Shown here: positions 37,107-47,657 of the stretch, piece after piece
Numbering within the stretch: the stretch's first letter is position 1
Layout of the letters: every line of letters starts with the position of its first letter
Position numbers and translations under genes: made by a program
Virus record (IMG/VR): IMGVR_UViG_3300023084_000003
Direction: 5' to 3' (one strand)
From: a virus
Length of the DNA: 64,000 bases
Notes under the pieces: generated by a model
What the model was told of the DNA's origin: nothing
Seen by the model: the letters and a program-made list of their open reading frames with translations, nothing else
The model's database searches: none

Positions 37107-38117
37107 TTATGCCTCCAGCTGGAGAACTGTTAACACAACTTGTACTGTTGATGTAGACCCAGATTTATTTGTTACTCTTACTGGAATTGTTGTATCGGGC
37201 GTACTTTCGTTACTAAATCCTATAGTACCAGGAGAGATAACTACCGTTTGTGCGCCTGTTGTAATAACTTCAGCAATTACACCCGCGTCTGGCGCAGGGT
37301 CTGATGTTTCTGCTCTCCCAGCATCTGCTGTACGAGAAGCAGCATCAGTATAAACTCTTACCCAAGCTGCTCTGTCTGTTTCGATTTTTAATAGGGCATA
37401 GCCTTTGAAGCCAGTGATTTCTACGTCTGCAGAGGCTCCATCAGCCAAAGATGTAGAAGTACCTGTAGCAGCTGAACGAGTTTGTAGAGATGAACCACCA
37501 CCTCCGCCACCGATCTCAGACTGATTAGCAATACCAACCCACGCGCCGTTATGTGCAAAATATGCTCTACCTTCTGCATGAACATGAGCAAACATACCGT
37601 GGTATGTTGTAGCATTTGGAAGTGCGTTTGTATCTGCGAAGTTGTTTGAGAAATAAATTGGACCAGTTGTTGTAATGCTGTTTGTGCCCATATCGAGATT
37701 TACTGCTTGAACTGCACTAACTGCGTCAGAATCTGTATAGCTTGCCCCAGCCTGTTGAGCAACCCAGTCGTAATCTGTACCATTCCACGAAAGTACTTCG
37801 TTCGTTGCTGCAGTACTTGTATTCAAGTGAGTGTCAATGCCAGCGTCATTGCCTGCTGACGCATCTACGAATGTAAAAGTACCCGCGCCGTCTGTTGATA
37901 GAACTTGTCCTGCAGTACCTTCACTGATACCAAGATCGAGTAATGTTGCAGGAATAGTTGGTTTGCCGGTTAAACTTGCATAGGTCCCGTCAAACATGTT
38001 TGCGACGTTGGCGTAAAGCTCAACAAAGTTATCGTTAACTTTATCCATAGCATCGCGCAACGGATCTCCTGTTCCGTCGTTCGACGTTACGCCGATGTTA
38101 ATATTTTGCCTTGCCAT
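37107..38117 (-). CDS. gp9/gp10-family baseplate wedge-fibre connector-like protein (336 aa)
   Basis: N-terminus MARQNINIGVTSNDGTGDPLRDAMDKVNDNFVELY is the T4 gp9/gp10 N-terminal signature. Confidence 0.75.
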   Translation of the reverse strand: MARQNINIGVTSNDGTGDPLRDAMDKVNDNFVELYANVANMFDGTYASLTGKPTIPATLLDLGISEGTAGQVLSTDGAGTFTFVDASAGNDAGIDTHLNTSTAATNEVLSWNGTDYDWVAQQAGASYTDSDAVSAVQAVNLDMGTNSITTTGPIYFSNNFADTNALPNATTYHGMFAHVHAEGRAYFAHNGAWVGIANQSEIGGGGGGSSLQTRSAATGTSTSLADGASADVEITGFKGYALLKIETDRAAWVRVYTDAASRTADAGRAETSDPAPDAGVIAEVITTGAQTVVISPGTIGFSNESTPDTTIPVRVTNKSGSTSTVQVVLTVLQLEA

Positions 38118-38144
38118 TTCAGCTCCTAAGTTTTTAGTTATTTA

Positions 38145-40352
38145 TTATAATGCGTCAACCTTGAGGATGGTACTATCTACTGTAATGTCTGTTTTATCAG
38201 AAGTTACTGCATAAGTATTCGCACTTTGTCCTGGTCCAACGACTGGTGGACCACCGACAACATAATCATCTTTACGTGTTAATGAGAATTTAGATCCAAT
38301 ATTTGTTTCTACTTTTGTTTTATAAACGAATTTATTAAATGCTTTAGTACCTGCAGGGTGCACTGTTCTTTTGAGAATCTCATCATATTCAATTGGATCA
38401 ACTACACCTTGAATCTCATAAGAGAATTCTTGGTAATAATCGTTATCTCTAATCTTATTTTCAGGCTTAATGTGTGAATTAAAGTTTCCATGATAACCTT
38501 CGGTCACACCCTGTTCTAGCGCGCTTAGAGTACCTTGTGCAACTACATCGTTGTTTGCATCTCTTAGATAAACAGTTTCTTGGTCAATATAACCAAAACC
38601 TGAATTAATTACTTTTACTTTATTAATGCGGCCAATTGAGAATTCAGTAAGAGTACTTACAAGAGCGTTTTCACCGAACTTTCTAGTATCATAGTTTCTT
38701 TCTGCTGTAATTACATTGTATGAGTTACTTTCATGAACAATTGTCCCGGCTGTAAAGCCATAATAAGCATATGGTCTTACTTGTAAAACTTGGTTTGTAG
38801 AATCAAATCCTATAATCTCACCCGTTACTGTTCCTTGTGTAATTATATCGCCTTTATCAAAGTTAGCACTAAATTCTGAAAGAACAAGGTTTTGATCGTG
38901 TCTTTCAAAAGCTTCCATTACTGGATCTCTCAAAATAGCAAACACGTCATTTTCATATGATGCACCCGGATTAACATTAACAAGAGTTCTAACCTTACCG
39001 ATATCAAACGGCGTAAGATCGAATGCCTCGTTGATAACAGAATCCAAGGCAGGAGTTGGATCAGCACCAGACATAGGAACTAGAGCTGGTGGCACGGTAC
39101 TATAATTTGTAGAGTTAATTGGAACATTTAAAAAGTTTCCAATAATATCTGTAATAAGCTCAACAGTTTCTATATTACTTAAAGTAACTGTTACGTCATC
39201 AGGATCTCCAGTATCTGGGAATAGATCGCCCGGCGACGAACTATTTACTTCAGACAAAGAAAAATCTGCAGGTTGAAGAGTAATATTCGGTGTTCTATCG
39301 AGTGTTGAGATTGCTGTACCATCAAACTCGTTTCCAGCATTCATTTTAACGCCAACAGCAGCAGGGTTTTGTCCAGTTACAAAACCTTCGTTTCCACTCG
39401 CATCTCTGAGTCTTTCTTCAATAACGAAGTCTTGGTCTTCATTATCTAGAATAATAACCTGATCTGAAACGTGCAATCTTGTTTCAGCAGTCGAATAACC
39501 AAAACCACCATCTTCAATTGTATATGAGATCGTTCCCGTAAATTCATCTTGCAATTCTGTAACAATTGCTCTGCCACCTTTACCAAGAGAAGATGTAAAG
39601 TCAAAAATATCACCGATATTATTATCTGTAGTTCTAGGTGCAGTCTGATCAATATCAATAGAAGAAGCAGAGCCTTGTACCTGACCAAACTTAACATCAG
39701 TGCCGTCTACCCTTGTAATAATATCATCGAACTTAATAAACGTGCCTTTAACATCGTTAATATAAATTACAGGAACAAGAGTTCTATTCAACATAATAAA
39801 GTTAATTTTATCAACAGCAGCTCGCGCACCAGAAATACTACCGATAATGTTCTTACCCGCTAGTGAATCATATTCGTATATAATAGCTGAATTTGCTGGT
39901 GATGGGAATTCAGCATTGTTTGGGAACAACTGAAGATATGTACCAGTTTTCCAAGAAGAATCAGAGGGTTTTAGAATATTAGATGCAGGATAATATATCT
40001 CTACATCTTCTTGAAAGAACATTCTAAAGAAAAGAACAATACCGCTCTCAGAACCTTTTCTTCTATAAAGGCTCATAATATTTCTTACAATAAACTTGAC
40101 CGTACCTACGTCATCAAGTGGCAGATCTGCAAGAAACTTTTTCTGAAAGAATATAATCATTTCAGATAGAGTTGTAGCAATGTCACGATATTCAAACAAA
40201 CGTCTGTTATTATACACAGACATATTAGTTTGTGTTTCTAGAAACTTATAGTATTCTTCTACAAATTTTACAAGCTCGTGACCTTCATCCCTGTAAAGTG
40301 CAGGGAACTGCAGCTGAATCTGGTGAGCAATATTTTTCTCGATTTTCGCCAT
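38145..40352 (-). CDS. gp7: Baseplate wedge initiator gp7-like (735 aa)
   Basis: QFP...FVEEYYKFLE, YRRKGSESG...LFFRMFF and DNDYYQEFSYEI...HPAG motifs. Adjacent to gp6. Confidence 0.75.
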   Translation of the reverse strand: MAKIEKNIAHQIQLQFPALYRDEGHELVKFVEEYYKFLETQTNMSVYNNRRLFEYRDIATTLSEMIIFFQKKFLADLPLDDVGTVKFIVRNIMSLYRRKGSESGIVLFFRMFFQEDVEIYYPASNILKPSDSSWKTGTYLQLFPNNAEFPSPANSAIIYEYDSLAGKNIIGSISGARAAVDKINFIMLNRTLVPVIYINDVKGTFIKFDDIITRVDGTDVKFGQVQGSASSIDIDQTAPRTTDNNIGDIFDFTSSLGKGGRAIVTELQDEFTGTISYTIEDGGFGYSTAETRLHVSDQVIILDNEDQDFVIEERLRDASGNEGFVTGQNPAAVGVKMNAGNEFDGTAISTLDRTPNITLQPADFSLSEVNSSSPGDLFPDTGDPDDVTVTLSNIETVELITDIIGNFLNVPINSTNYSTVPPALVPMSGADPTPALDSVINEAFDLTPFDIGKVRTLVNVNPGASYENDVFAILRDPVMEAFERHDQNLVLSEFSANFDKGDIITQGTVTGEIIGFDSTNQVLQVRPYAYYGFTAGTIVHESNSYNVITAERNYDTRKFGENALVSTLTEFSIGRINKVKVINSGFGYIDQETVYLRDANNDVVAQGTLSALEQGVTEGYHGNFNSHIKPENKIRDNDYYQEFSYEIQGVVDPIEYDEILKRTVHPAGTKAFNKFVYKTKVETNIGSKFSLTRKDDYVVGGPPVVGPGQSANTYAVTSDKTDITVDSTILKVDAL

Positions 40353-42151
40353 TATGTTATCTTAATCGGTTTAATGTTAATCGTTACATCTTCATCTTGG
40401 ATAAAGAAGATTCTTCCGTTAGGTGACTTAATGTCGTCTCGTTTAGTTGTTGCCATCACTTTAATTCCAGCACCGGTATAGTTCTGCACTGTAAGTCCTG
40501 TTAAGTTAACTTCTCCAGTAGTATAATCTACTGTACCAGTTTTTGGTAGAACAACCTTAGGATCTACAGGATCGTTTGTTACGATTTGAATATTTCCTTT
40601 ACCGTCGTCCTGCATGTAAACTTGAGTATTGTCATATGTGAAAGAGCCTGTTTTAATTGCAGGCTTATAATCTATAAATCCAATTGTATCATCAAAAGGA
40701 TATGGCTTAACTAACTCAGCAAAGAATTTAAATGATGGGTTTGCCGATACGCCTTTTGCTGGTGAATACAAGATATATGGACACGCGTCAATCTCGTTAG
40801 ATTGAATTGATACGTCTACATCATCTATATCACCCGAAAGTTTTGATACGCGAAGTGTTTTATTAAAGTCATCGAGATTATTATTACTATAAGTTGTAAT
40901 AGCAGATCTGATCTCTGTTTCTATTTGATCTGGAGATTTGCTTGTAATATTTGAATCGTAATACACGTCGATAGACAAACAAGCATATAGGAATTCAGAT
41001 TCAATAAAGATCGGTTCAATAGCAACAGGAGATCTTTCTCGTAGGAACTCAATGTATCTTGCAGACAATGTTTGCGATAGACTGTCTTCTCTTTCACCAA
41101 GATAAACTGAAATAGCAACTCGTCCAAACTTTGGAGGTGTAAGATCTTCACCACCGTAAGCAGAAACGGCTTTAATTTCTGGGAAGTTTTGCTTCAATAG
41201 AATCTCATAGTCTGATGTTGTAATTGCTCGCTCTTGAATCTGCAGTGCTTTTGGCGCAAAGTAACGAATGCTTTCAAGAGATTCTCTTTCAGCACCACCT
41301 GACGCAGCACTAATTGTTTCAACAACAGCAGTACCACTATTCAATTCAAGACTAAATACATCAGCGCCATTTGGCTCTTCACCAGAACAGATTCTGTATC
41401 TTACTCGAACATCCTCAAATTCTAGAGGCTGCAGACCGAATCTATTATTACCGAAGTAGATAGTGTATCTTCCATCAAAATATGGTTCTACATAGAATAC
41501 TTTATCTGTTGGACCAACACCAAAGATATCATTCTTTCTTACAAATATGTTTTGGTTTTCTGTTTCTTCAGCGTCAACAAATACGACGATTGAATCTGTA
41601 TCAGCATTCTCGTTTGAGAGGATAACACGAAGAATACCGTCAGCATCAACAAAATAACCTTCGCGTTCAAAGCTCGCAAGCATTTGACCTTCGAAGATCT
41701 CTACATTATCTGCAACAAATGTATTGACTGCAACCTTTTTAGCAACATAAGCTTTATCTGTAACAAACTCAAAGTTCTGACCTTGATATACACATTGGAA
41801 CTGAGTATATTCTGGAATTGGAATAGTTTGGATTCCTGGCGTGTCGTTTGTGATTGTGATTTTAATAACAGCTTTTGCAGATCTTCTACTTCTTGGCAGA
41901 TAGTTCAGTTCTTTAGCATGAGAAACAACCGAGTTCATAAGTACGGCTGAGTCGAGGAACATCTCGTTCAATGCCATATTAGAATAAAAGTTATTATGAT
42001 AAGTGTTATATGCTAATACGTCAAGAAGAACACTCATGTTAGAGCCTTCAAAGTTATAGTCTTTGAATTGTGTTTGACTCTTCATATATTCTTTCAGTGA
42101 CGATTTCACTGTTGCGAAATCTAATTCATTAATTTTGAGTTTAGATGCCAT
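40352..42151 (-). CDS. gp6: Baseplate wedge subunit gp6 (599 aa)
   Basis: LDFATVKSSLKEYMKSQTQFKDYNFEGSNMSVLLDVLAYNT...NEMFLDSA, and ERAITTSDY. Confidence 0.92.
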   Translation of the reverse strand: MASKLKINELDFATVKSSLKEYMKSQTQFKDYNFEGSNMSVLLDVLAYNTYHNNFYSNMALNEMFLDSAVLMNSVVSHAKELNYLPRSRRSAKAVIKITITNDTPGIQTIPIPEYTQFQCVYQGQNFEFVTDKAYVAKKVAVNTFVADNVEIFEGQMLASFEREGYFVDADGILRVILSNENADTDSIVVFVDAEETENQNIFVRKNDIFGVGPTDKVFYVEPYFDGRYTIYFGNNRFGLQPLEFEDVRVRYRICSGEEPNGADVFSLELNSGTAVVETISAASGGAERESLESIRYFAPKALQIQERAITTSDYEILLKQNFPEIKAVSAYGGEDLTPPKFGRVAISVYLGEREDSLSQTLSARYIEFLRERSPVAIEPIFIESEFLYACLSIDVYYDSNITSKSPDQIETEIRSAITTYSNNNLDDFNKTLRVSKLSGDIDDVDVSIQSNEIDACPYILYSPAKGVSANPSFKFFAELVKPYPFDDTIGFIDYKPAIKTGSFTYDNTQVYMQDDGKGNIQIVTNDPVDPKVVLPKTGTVDYTTGEVNLTGLTVQNYTGAGIKVMATTKRDDIKSPNGRIFFIQDEDVTINIKPIKIT

Positions 42152-42568
42152 TTATCTTGTCCTCTCTAGAAATACGTCAACTGATATTGGATTTGATTGG
42201 TTGCGTATCATAAATTCAACACGAACTCTTACAGTATTATCGTCAACTAGAGAGGATACTGTTACATCTAGTAATTCAGCTCTAGGCTCGTAAATATCTA
42301 GTGTTGTTCGTACTTGATCTTCGATTGTTTTTAAAACGCCGGGCGTTATATTTTCAAATAGCATGGCTTTGAGATGACCACCAAGATTTGGTTGCATCAA
42401 TCTTTCACCACGATCAGTAAGTAATAGATTTTTAATTGCTTCTTTTACAGACTCTTCGTCTTTGCGCACTGTCAGATCAGAAGACACAGGACTTTTCTCC
42501 ATATCCTTTTTAAAATCGGAATATATGGAGATCTTTTTAGTTCTACCTGTTAATAGTTCTATTGTCAT
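42152..42568 (-). CDS. gp25: Baseplate wedge subunit gp25 (138 aa)
   Basis: YSDF...SVKEAIKNLLLTDRGERLMQPNLG...IYEPRAEL motif. Confidence 0.92.
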   Translation of the reverse strand: MTIELLTGRTKKISIYSDFKKDMEKSPVSSDLTVRKDEESVKEAIKNLLLTDRGERLMQPNLGGHLKAMLFENITPGVLKTIEDQVRTTLDIYEPRAELLDVTVSSLVDDNTVRVRVEFMIRNQSNPISVDVFLERTR

Positions 42569-44193
42569 ACTGACGTACCTAGTTGTTTTTGTTCTAGTGC
42601 TTTAAATTCTTCAGACTTCCACATTCTTGTTGGGCCTTTATCAATATGAATAAATCCTTTATAACGGCCAAACCCTCTAAAACCTACTTCTTTTGCTAGA
42701 TCTACAAAATCATAAGCTTCTTCAGAAACTGGTGTGCTTTCTCTATTCCAACCAGCCCATGTAATATCAAAAGCCATTCCCTTAGTGTGCTGACCATTAA
42801 GTGTAGTAGTTTTACCAGCGTCATAAAGTTTTTTCTGATACTGCATACTTCTCCAACAGCTGTTTACGATAAGACGCTTACCGACTTTAGCCTGAAGTTT
42901 CATGAGCATAGCTTTTACTTCAGGATCAGTTTGTGTCCATCCAGCACTTCCAAGAGCCGCTACCCAACCACCTTGAATACCAATCTTAGGATGTTTATTA
43001 TCTTTAATTTCTTCCCAAGTTGGCACTCCTTCATACTCTTGAGTTGTTGGAGGCGGTACATTACCTTTTTGTTCAAATTTCTCTCTTGATTTATTTATTC
43101 TTTCTTTGCGTACCTCATCTTCTAATCTGATAGCTCCAGCTCTAATAGCCTCACCTTTTACTCGATCTGACACATTTTTTAGTGTATAAAACACTTCTTC
43201 GTAACGATTTGAAAAGTCGTTGAGTGGATCTTTTAGTTTATTAATCACACCTTCAATACCAGTAATCAAACCACAGATTTTTGCAATTAAAAGTTGTACC
43301 TCTTCAAGAGATGGGTTTTCGAAAACACTCATAGCATAATCAATTTGAGCTCTAAGTTTCTTACCAAGATTCTTAATATTTTCTTCATCAAAGAATTCTA
43401 ATATTTCGTGTTTAAGCTGAGTAATTCTTTTTACAATTTTGTCGTTGACAAATGTTTCGATTTGTCCCATAATATTCTCAACACTAAAGTTTTTAATAGC
43501 ATTCTCTACACGCTTTACGATTTTTTCAAATGCTTTTTCTACCTTTTCTTTAATAGCTTCAATAAGAGCTTTTACTTTAATTTTTTCAAATAATGCTTTA
43601 AGCTCATCTTCAACATTACGTATCTTTGCAAGGAATGTAAAGGCATCCTGAATCAAACCATCGATATCATCAAGTAGATCAAAAAAAGCATCGATAGCCG
43701 CAAATATATTCGGCATAAGTGCACAAAACTTTCCTAGAATACTATTCGAAGAAGACCCAGTATAATAATAGTTAAGCTCAGATACAATCTGCGCAGGCTT
43801 TGTATTATAAAGGTTTTCAATAGAGGTGGGTGTATGATTAAACTCTCTTAAATACTCAGCATATTCTAAAGGAGTAATAGGACCACGATTTAATCTATAT
43901 TCTAATACTTCATTATCATCTGCACCAATGTAAGTCTGCGCGATATCTCTTTTTAAGAAGTCAGTATTAAATTTAGAAAGAGAATCGTAAAAGTTTGGAA
44001 ATCTTTTTACAGATTGAATTAAAACATTTTCAGAAGTGTCCTCGATCATGCTTGCTCTGAAATTAGCTTCAATTTGATCAAGAGCGCTAATCGTAAGCTC
44101 ACCTCTACCGTTTACACCAGAAAGCTTCGTGGTTGTATCTACCTGTTGGCCAGGATTTAAACACTGTTCCATGCCACAACATTTACACGTCAT
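42565..44193 (-). CDS. Helical protein with C-terminal M15A-type zinc peptidoglycan peptidase (542 aa)
   Basis: C-terminal NSCWRS...GQHTKGMAFDI...GFGRYKGFIHIDKG, the H/D/H Zn-ligand pattern of Peptidase_M15_3. Strong GGAGGT SD. Confidence 0.75.
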   Translation of the reverse strand: MTCKCCGMEQCLNPGQQVDTTTKLSGVNGRGELTISALDQIEANFRASMIEDTSENVLIQSVKRFPNFYDSLSKFNTDFLKRDIAQTYIGADDNEVLEYRLNRGPITPLEYAEYLREFNHTPTSIENLYNTKPAQIVSELNYYYTGSSSNSILGKFCALMPNIFAAIDAFFDLLDDIDGLIQDAFTFLAKIRNVEDELKALFEKIKVKALIEAIKEKVEKAFEKIVKRVENAIKNFSVENIMGQIETFVNDKIVKRITQLKHEILEFFDEENIKNLGKKLRAQIDYAMSVFENPSLEEVQLLIAKICGLITGIEGVINKLKDPLNDFSNRYEEVFYTLKNVSDRVKGEAIRAGAIRLEDEVRKERINKSREKFEQKGNVPPPTTQEYEGVPTWEEIKDNKHPKIGIQGGWVAALGSAGWTQTDPEVKAMLMKLQAKVGKRLIVNSCWRSMQYQKKLYDAGKTTTLNGQHTKGMAFDITWAGWNRESTPVSEEAYDFVDLAKEVGFRGFGRYKGFIHIDKGPTRMWKSEEFKALEQKQLGTSV

Positions 44194-46252
44194 AGGAACC
44201 TCCAGTTTCAGGTTTAGAAGTTACGGTAGTAGATGCTTTCTCATAGTTACTTTTAATCTCATCAAGCACTTTCTCAAATTCTCCAACAGTAATCTTAGCA
44301 TTATTCTTCACCAGTTTACCATCAGCATAAATTGGCTTAGAGTATCTGCTTTGACCAGCCTTTGGACCGTTTACAATTGGAAGTGAAGCCCACTCTGCAG
44401 CAAGATTATTTGCAAAGGTTGTTCTAGATATCTTACCGCTGAGATATCCGTCAAGACCGCGGAATCTAAGTAATTCTACAGCCATCTTATCTTGGTTAAT
44501 CGGACTAAATTTATCACCCAATCCTAGACCTGCTTTTGCATATAGTGGATCGCCCGGAGGTGGCGGATCATTGTCATCGTTGTCATATCCACGGAGAGTA
44601 TCTTCCATGATTTGATATCTGCCCATAGCCTCTGAACCTGAAGCGTTATCAACAGATTCTTGATATTGAAGAACCTGTCCAATAGTCATAGTTGTGATTG
44701 GTCTAGATGGGCGCAATGCTCGATCAATTAGTCCTGATACAGCATTATATCCACCATCCTGATCTCCTTCAAATCTTGCAATAAGATTTAGAAGAGGAGT
44801 CAAACTACTTTGCATTGCTGCCGTTGCAGGAGTAGTTGATGCAAGAGTTTCTGTGGTGGATACTGTTTCACCAGAATGGTCAGGTGAAGATGCACCGGCA
44901 CTACCACGAGATCCGGTGTCTTTATTTGTTTGTAGGTTAACGCCTTTCTCAGGAGGCTCTGGAGCTTTAACGGGCTGTGCCTTGGTATCCATACCACCAG
45001 GTCTCGTGACATCCTGCGCGTCTCTAGCAGGATCTGCACTGCCCTCAGCCATGCGAACAAAGTCGTCAATAAATGTTGTAGTACCACGAACCATCACATA
45101 ACCATCAGAACTGACTCTTAACTCAGCATCTCCTTTGAGATCAAATGAGTCTGTACCTTGGAATCTTACGTCAGCACCTTTGATCTTAAAGTCTTCTGCT
45201 GAATCCATAGCAAATAATTTATCAGAATGCCAAAGCATTTCTTCTGACGCAGTACCAAATATTTTTGGTGCCTGAATACCGATACCTTGTCCGGCTTCTA
45301 TCTGGGTTTCTTTCTTCGAAAGAAAAGACATGTAGCCAGCATTAGCTTCTACCTTTACCTGTCCTGCTCTCATCTGTAGGTTTTCAGATCCATTGATAAT
45401 TGTTTCAGGTCCGCCTACACCGAGATAATAATTACCATGTACAATTTGTTTTAGATCTCCTTGGATCTCTTCTACTTTATGGCCTTTTACGTAGACATGT
45501 GCATCACCATTAATTGTAACAGTACTTGCATTACCAACTAATACGTGCTGTTTTCTATCAATGACTTCATATTTGTCTGATCTTGATTTTTCTGTAACAG
45601 TACCACGAGAATCGATCTGTACATAAGAACCTTCCTTATGCCAGACAGTAATTCTTTCTGAGCCGGGAGTATCATCAAGCTCAATAGTATGCACACCACT
45701 TTCGATTACTTTATTATGTGGATATTCAGTATCATATGCTGGTGCGGGTTCATCCCATGTTTCGTCTGAATCTGCTACCTTAACATTTAAGGCTCTACCC
45801 ATCTCCCATTCAACAAGATTTGTTTCGTGTAAATATTCACCACGGGCTAGTTTAGAAACGTCGTGTTGCCCGATACTTTCTGGCTCAGATCCTTTAGCAA
45901 GAAGGTGGGCGTCTTTTGGTGGAATAGTTCCCCAGCCATTTTTTTCTGGATCAATACCATCAAGATTCTGAGTTGGAATTGTACCAATAATCATAGGTTG
46001 CTGAGCATGTCTTCCGTCTAGGAATAAACCAAACACCCATTTATTTGTCTTTGCGCCGTGGAAAACGTTTGCGTCATAAGCACCTGAAACAAGAACAGCC
46101 CAAGGCAACTCATCGTCAGGTATATCTTTATTTGTTCCATGTATACCGAACGCACGTACCTGCACACGCCCTTCTTTACGAGGGTCGACTGTGTTTGCAA
46201 TAACACCCACAAACCACAATGGGTCGCGTATTCCTATACCGTAATCAGGCAT
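44183..46252 (-). CDS. gp5: Baseplate hub / tail spike gp5 with C-terminal lambda-R-like lysozyme domain
   Basis: OB-fold WFVGV...DP..EGRVQVRAFGIH...LPWA. YPHNKVIESG.HTIELDDTPGSERI. VgrG-like beta-helix repeats. C-terminal IARFEG...AMGRYQ...FSPINQD...EWASLP. Start moved from the track's 46291 to the ATG at 46252 (AAGGAA SD). Confidence 0.88.
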   Translation of the reverse strand: MPDYGIGIRDPLWFVGVIANTVDPRKEGRVQVRAFGIHGTNKDIPDDELPWAVLVSGAYDANVFHGAKTNKWVFGLFLDGRHAQQPMIIGTIPTQNLDGIDPEKNGWGTIPPKDAHLLAKGSEPESIGQHDVSKLARGEYLHETNLVEWEMGRALNVKVADSDETWDEPAPAYDTEYPHNKVIESGVHTIELDDTPGSERITVWHKEGSYVQIDSRGTVTEKSRSDKYEVIDRKQHVLVGNASTVTINGDAHVYVKGHKVEEIQGDLKQIVHGNYYLGVGGPETIINGSENLQMRAGQVKVEANAGYMSFLSKKETQIEAGQGIGIQAPKIFGTASEEMLWHSDKLFAMDSAEDFKIKGADVRFQGTDSFDLKGDAELRVSSDGYVMVRGTTTFIDDFVRMAEGSADPARDAQDVTRPGGMDTKAQPVKAPEPPEKGVNLQTNKDTGSRGSAGASSPDHSGETVSTTETLASTTPATAAMQSSLTPLLNLIARFEGDQDGGYNAVSGLIDRALRPSRPITTMTIGQVLQYQESVDNASGSEAMGRYQIMEDTLRGYDNDDNDPPPPGDPLYAKAGLGLGDKFSPINQDKMAVELLRFRGLDGYLSGKISRTTFANNLAAEWASLPIVNGPKAGQSRYSKPIYADGKLVKNNAKITVGEFEKVLDEIKSNYEKASTTVTSKPETGGSYDV

Positions 46253-47657
46253 TTCCTTGATCCGTTCTACTATCAGTTGCAGACCAATCAAACTTTACCA
46301 GAAGAAGAGAAGTTGTAAGTTCTCCATGTTTCATCTGATGACTTGTGGTCTTAATCATATATTTACCACCAAGAGTATCATTTCTTTTTGAGTCAACATT
46401 CAACTGAGCAATATCTAATTGAATGATTTCACCAGGACGTAAATCCAATCTACCCTTAAGTGCAGCTTTTACTTGTACATTATTTAAGTGGTGATAATAA
46501 GAAACTCTGTTCTGCGTAATCGTAGGAACAAATCTTTCTGCTCTAATATTAGATTTAATATCACCAACGCTTTGGTAATCTTTATATACTACAAAATGTC
46601 TTGCATTTTCTTCAGTAAAAGTTTCATCTCTAAAAGCTTGTGTATGTGGCTGAGCATCAGGGCGGCTTTGACGGGCTTGGTTACCGCTGAAGTCCATATA
46701 ATCGGCGTCTTCATCATAATTAAAATTATAGTCTGTAACTTGTTTTCTTACAATGTCAATCTCTGTTACTCTGCTTCTATAAGCTCCTGAAAAAATATCG
46801 GTGGCCGTATCCAAACCTTTATTTACAACTTGTAGTTGCTCAATTCTTTCGAGTTGAGCTAAAGGTCTATTTGGATCCATACTACCAACAGGACCGTAAT
46901 ATAAATGCTTAATTTTCCCAGCATTATGTTTATGAATAAAGAACTCGTCTGTTACCCAATAATAAGATTCGAGAGTCTCAAAGAATCTATATGTACATGA
47001 AGGAACATTTGTATTGAATCCCATGCTTGCAAGTAAATTCATTGTGTAAGCTGGTGTATAACGTGGTATAGTTAAACCAGTTGCCGAAAAAGTATCCTGA
47101 AGATAAAACTTTCTTTGTCCAAAATCTTCTTCAACAATGGTAGATTCTGTAAGGTCGTATCTCTTCGCAGATCTCATTGTAAAATCTTGGCCATACAGTT
47201 GATCTATTTCAGTTTCACCGCCTACCTTTGCGTAATAAGTTTGAAATACTCTTTTTGCAATCTCGTGTATTTGCCCATTGTAGGCTTTGATTACTTTTCT
47301 TTTGTTGGCATTAAAAGTTTCTTTAGAAACAAAGTGCATTTTATATACAGCACCGTCTGTATTTTCCATAGGTGTAATGTCACTTATACGGATCACTCTT
47401 GTTTCTAAAACAACCTTATACGGCATATCAGAAGAAATAATTGTCATAAGCAATGTTTCTTCTGCGCGCAACGGCAAATTCTCAAGAAGACCAACCGTCT
47501 CCTCGATCTCTAAAAATCCCTGATACTGATGAGCTTCCATGCTCTGCGAAATCTCAAAGCCGGTAATAAACTGAGCAATATCCTCTACGCGTTTGGGATC
47601 AAACTCGTTTACAATCTGGCAGGATACGACTTCGCATTGGGATAGATTACGTGACAT
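46245..47657 (-). CDS. Baseplate hub protein, gp27-like (470 aa)
   Basis: Position between gp53 and gp5. I.QS...G.L.IEETVGLLENLPLRAEE and C-terminal G.L.LRPGEII...GGKYMIK...H motifs of hub proteins. Confidence 0.65.
   Translation of the reverse strand: MSRNLSQCEVVSCQIVNEFDPKRVEDIAQFITGFEISQSMEAHQYQGFLEIEETVGLLENLPLRAEETLLMTIISSDMPYKVVLETRVIRISDITPMENTDGAVYKMHFVSKETFNANKRKVIKAYNGQIHEIAKRVFQTYYAKVGGETEIDQLYGQDFTMRSAKRYDLTESTIVEEDFGQRKFYLQDTFSATGLTIPRYTPAYTMNLLASMGFNTNVPSCTYRFFETLESYYWVTDEFFIHKHNAGKIKHLYYGPVGSMDPNRPLAQLERIEQLQVVNKGLDTATDIFSGAYRSRVTEIDIVRKQVTDYNFNYDEDADYMDFSGNQARQSRPDAQPHTQAFRDETFTEENARHFVVYKDYQSVGDIKSNIRAERFVPTITQNRVSYYHHLNNVQVKAALKGRLDLRPGEIIQLDIAQLNVDSKRNDTLGGKYMIKTTSHQMKHGELTTSLLLVKFDWSATDSRTDQGNA

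Noticed and set aside
38139-38146. AATAAATA near-match to the late promoter upstream of the gp9-like gene
   Set aside because: One mismatch in very AT-rich DNA. Plausible but not supportable without TSS data.
752-46790. Numerous short plus-strand ORFs antisense to the structural genes
   Set aside because: They lie entirely opposite long, well-supported genes, with no promoters, SDs or recognisable motifs.
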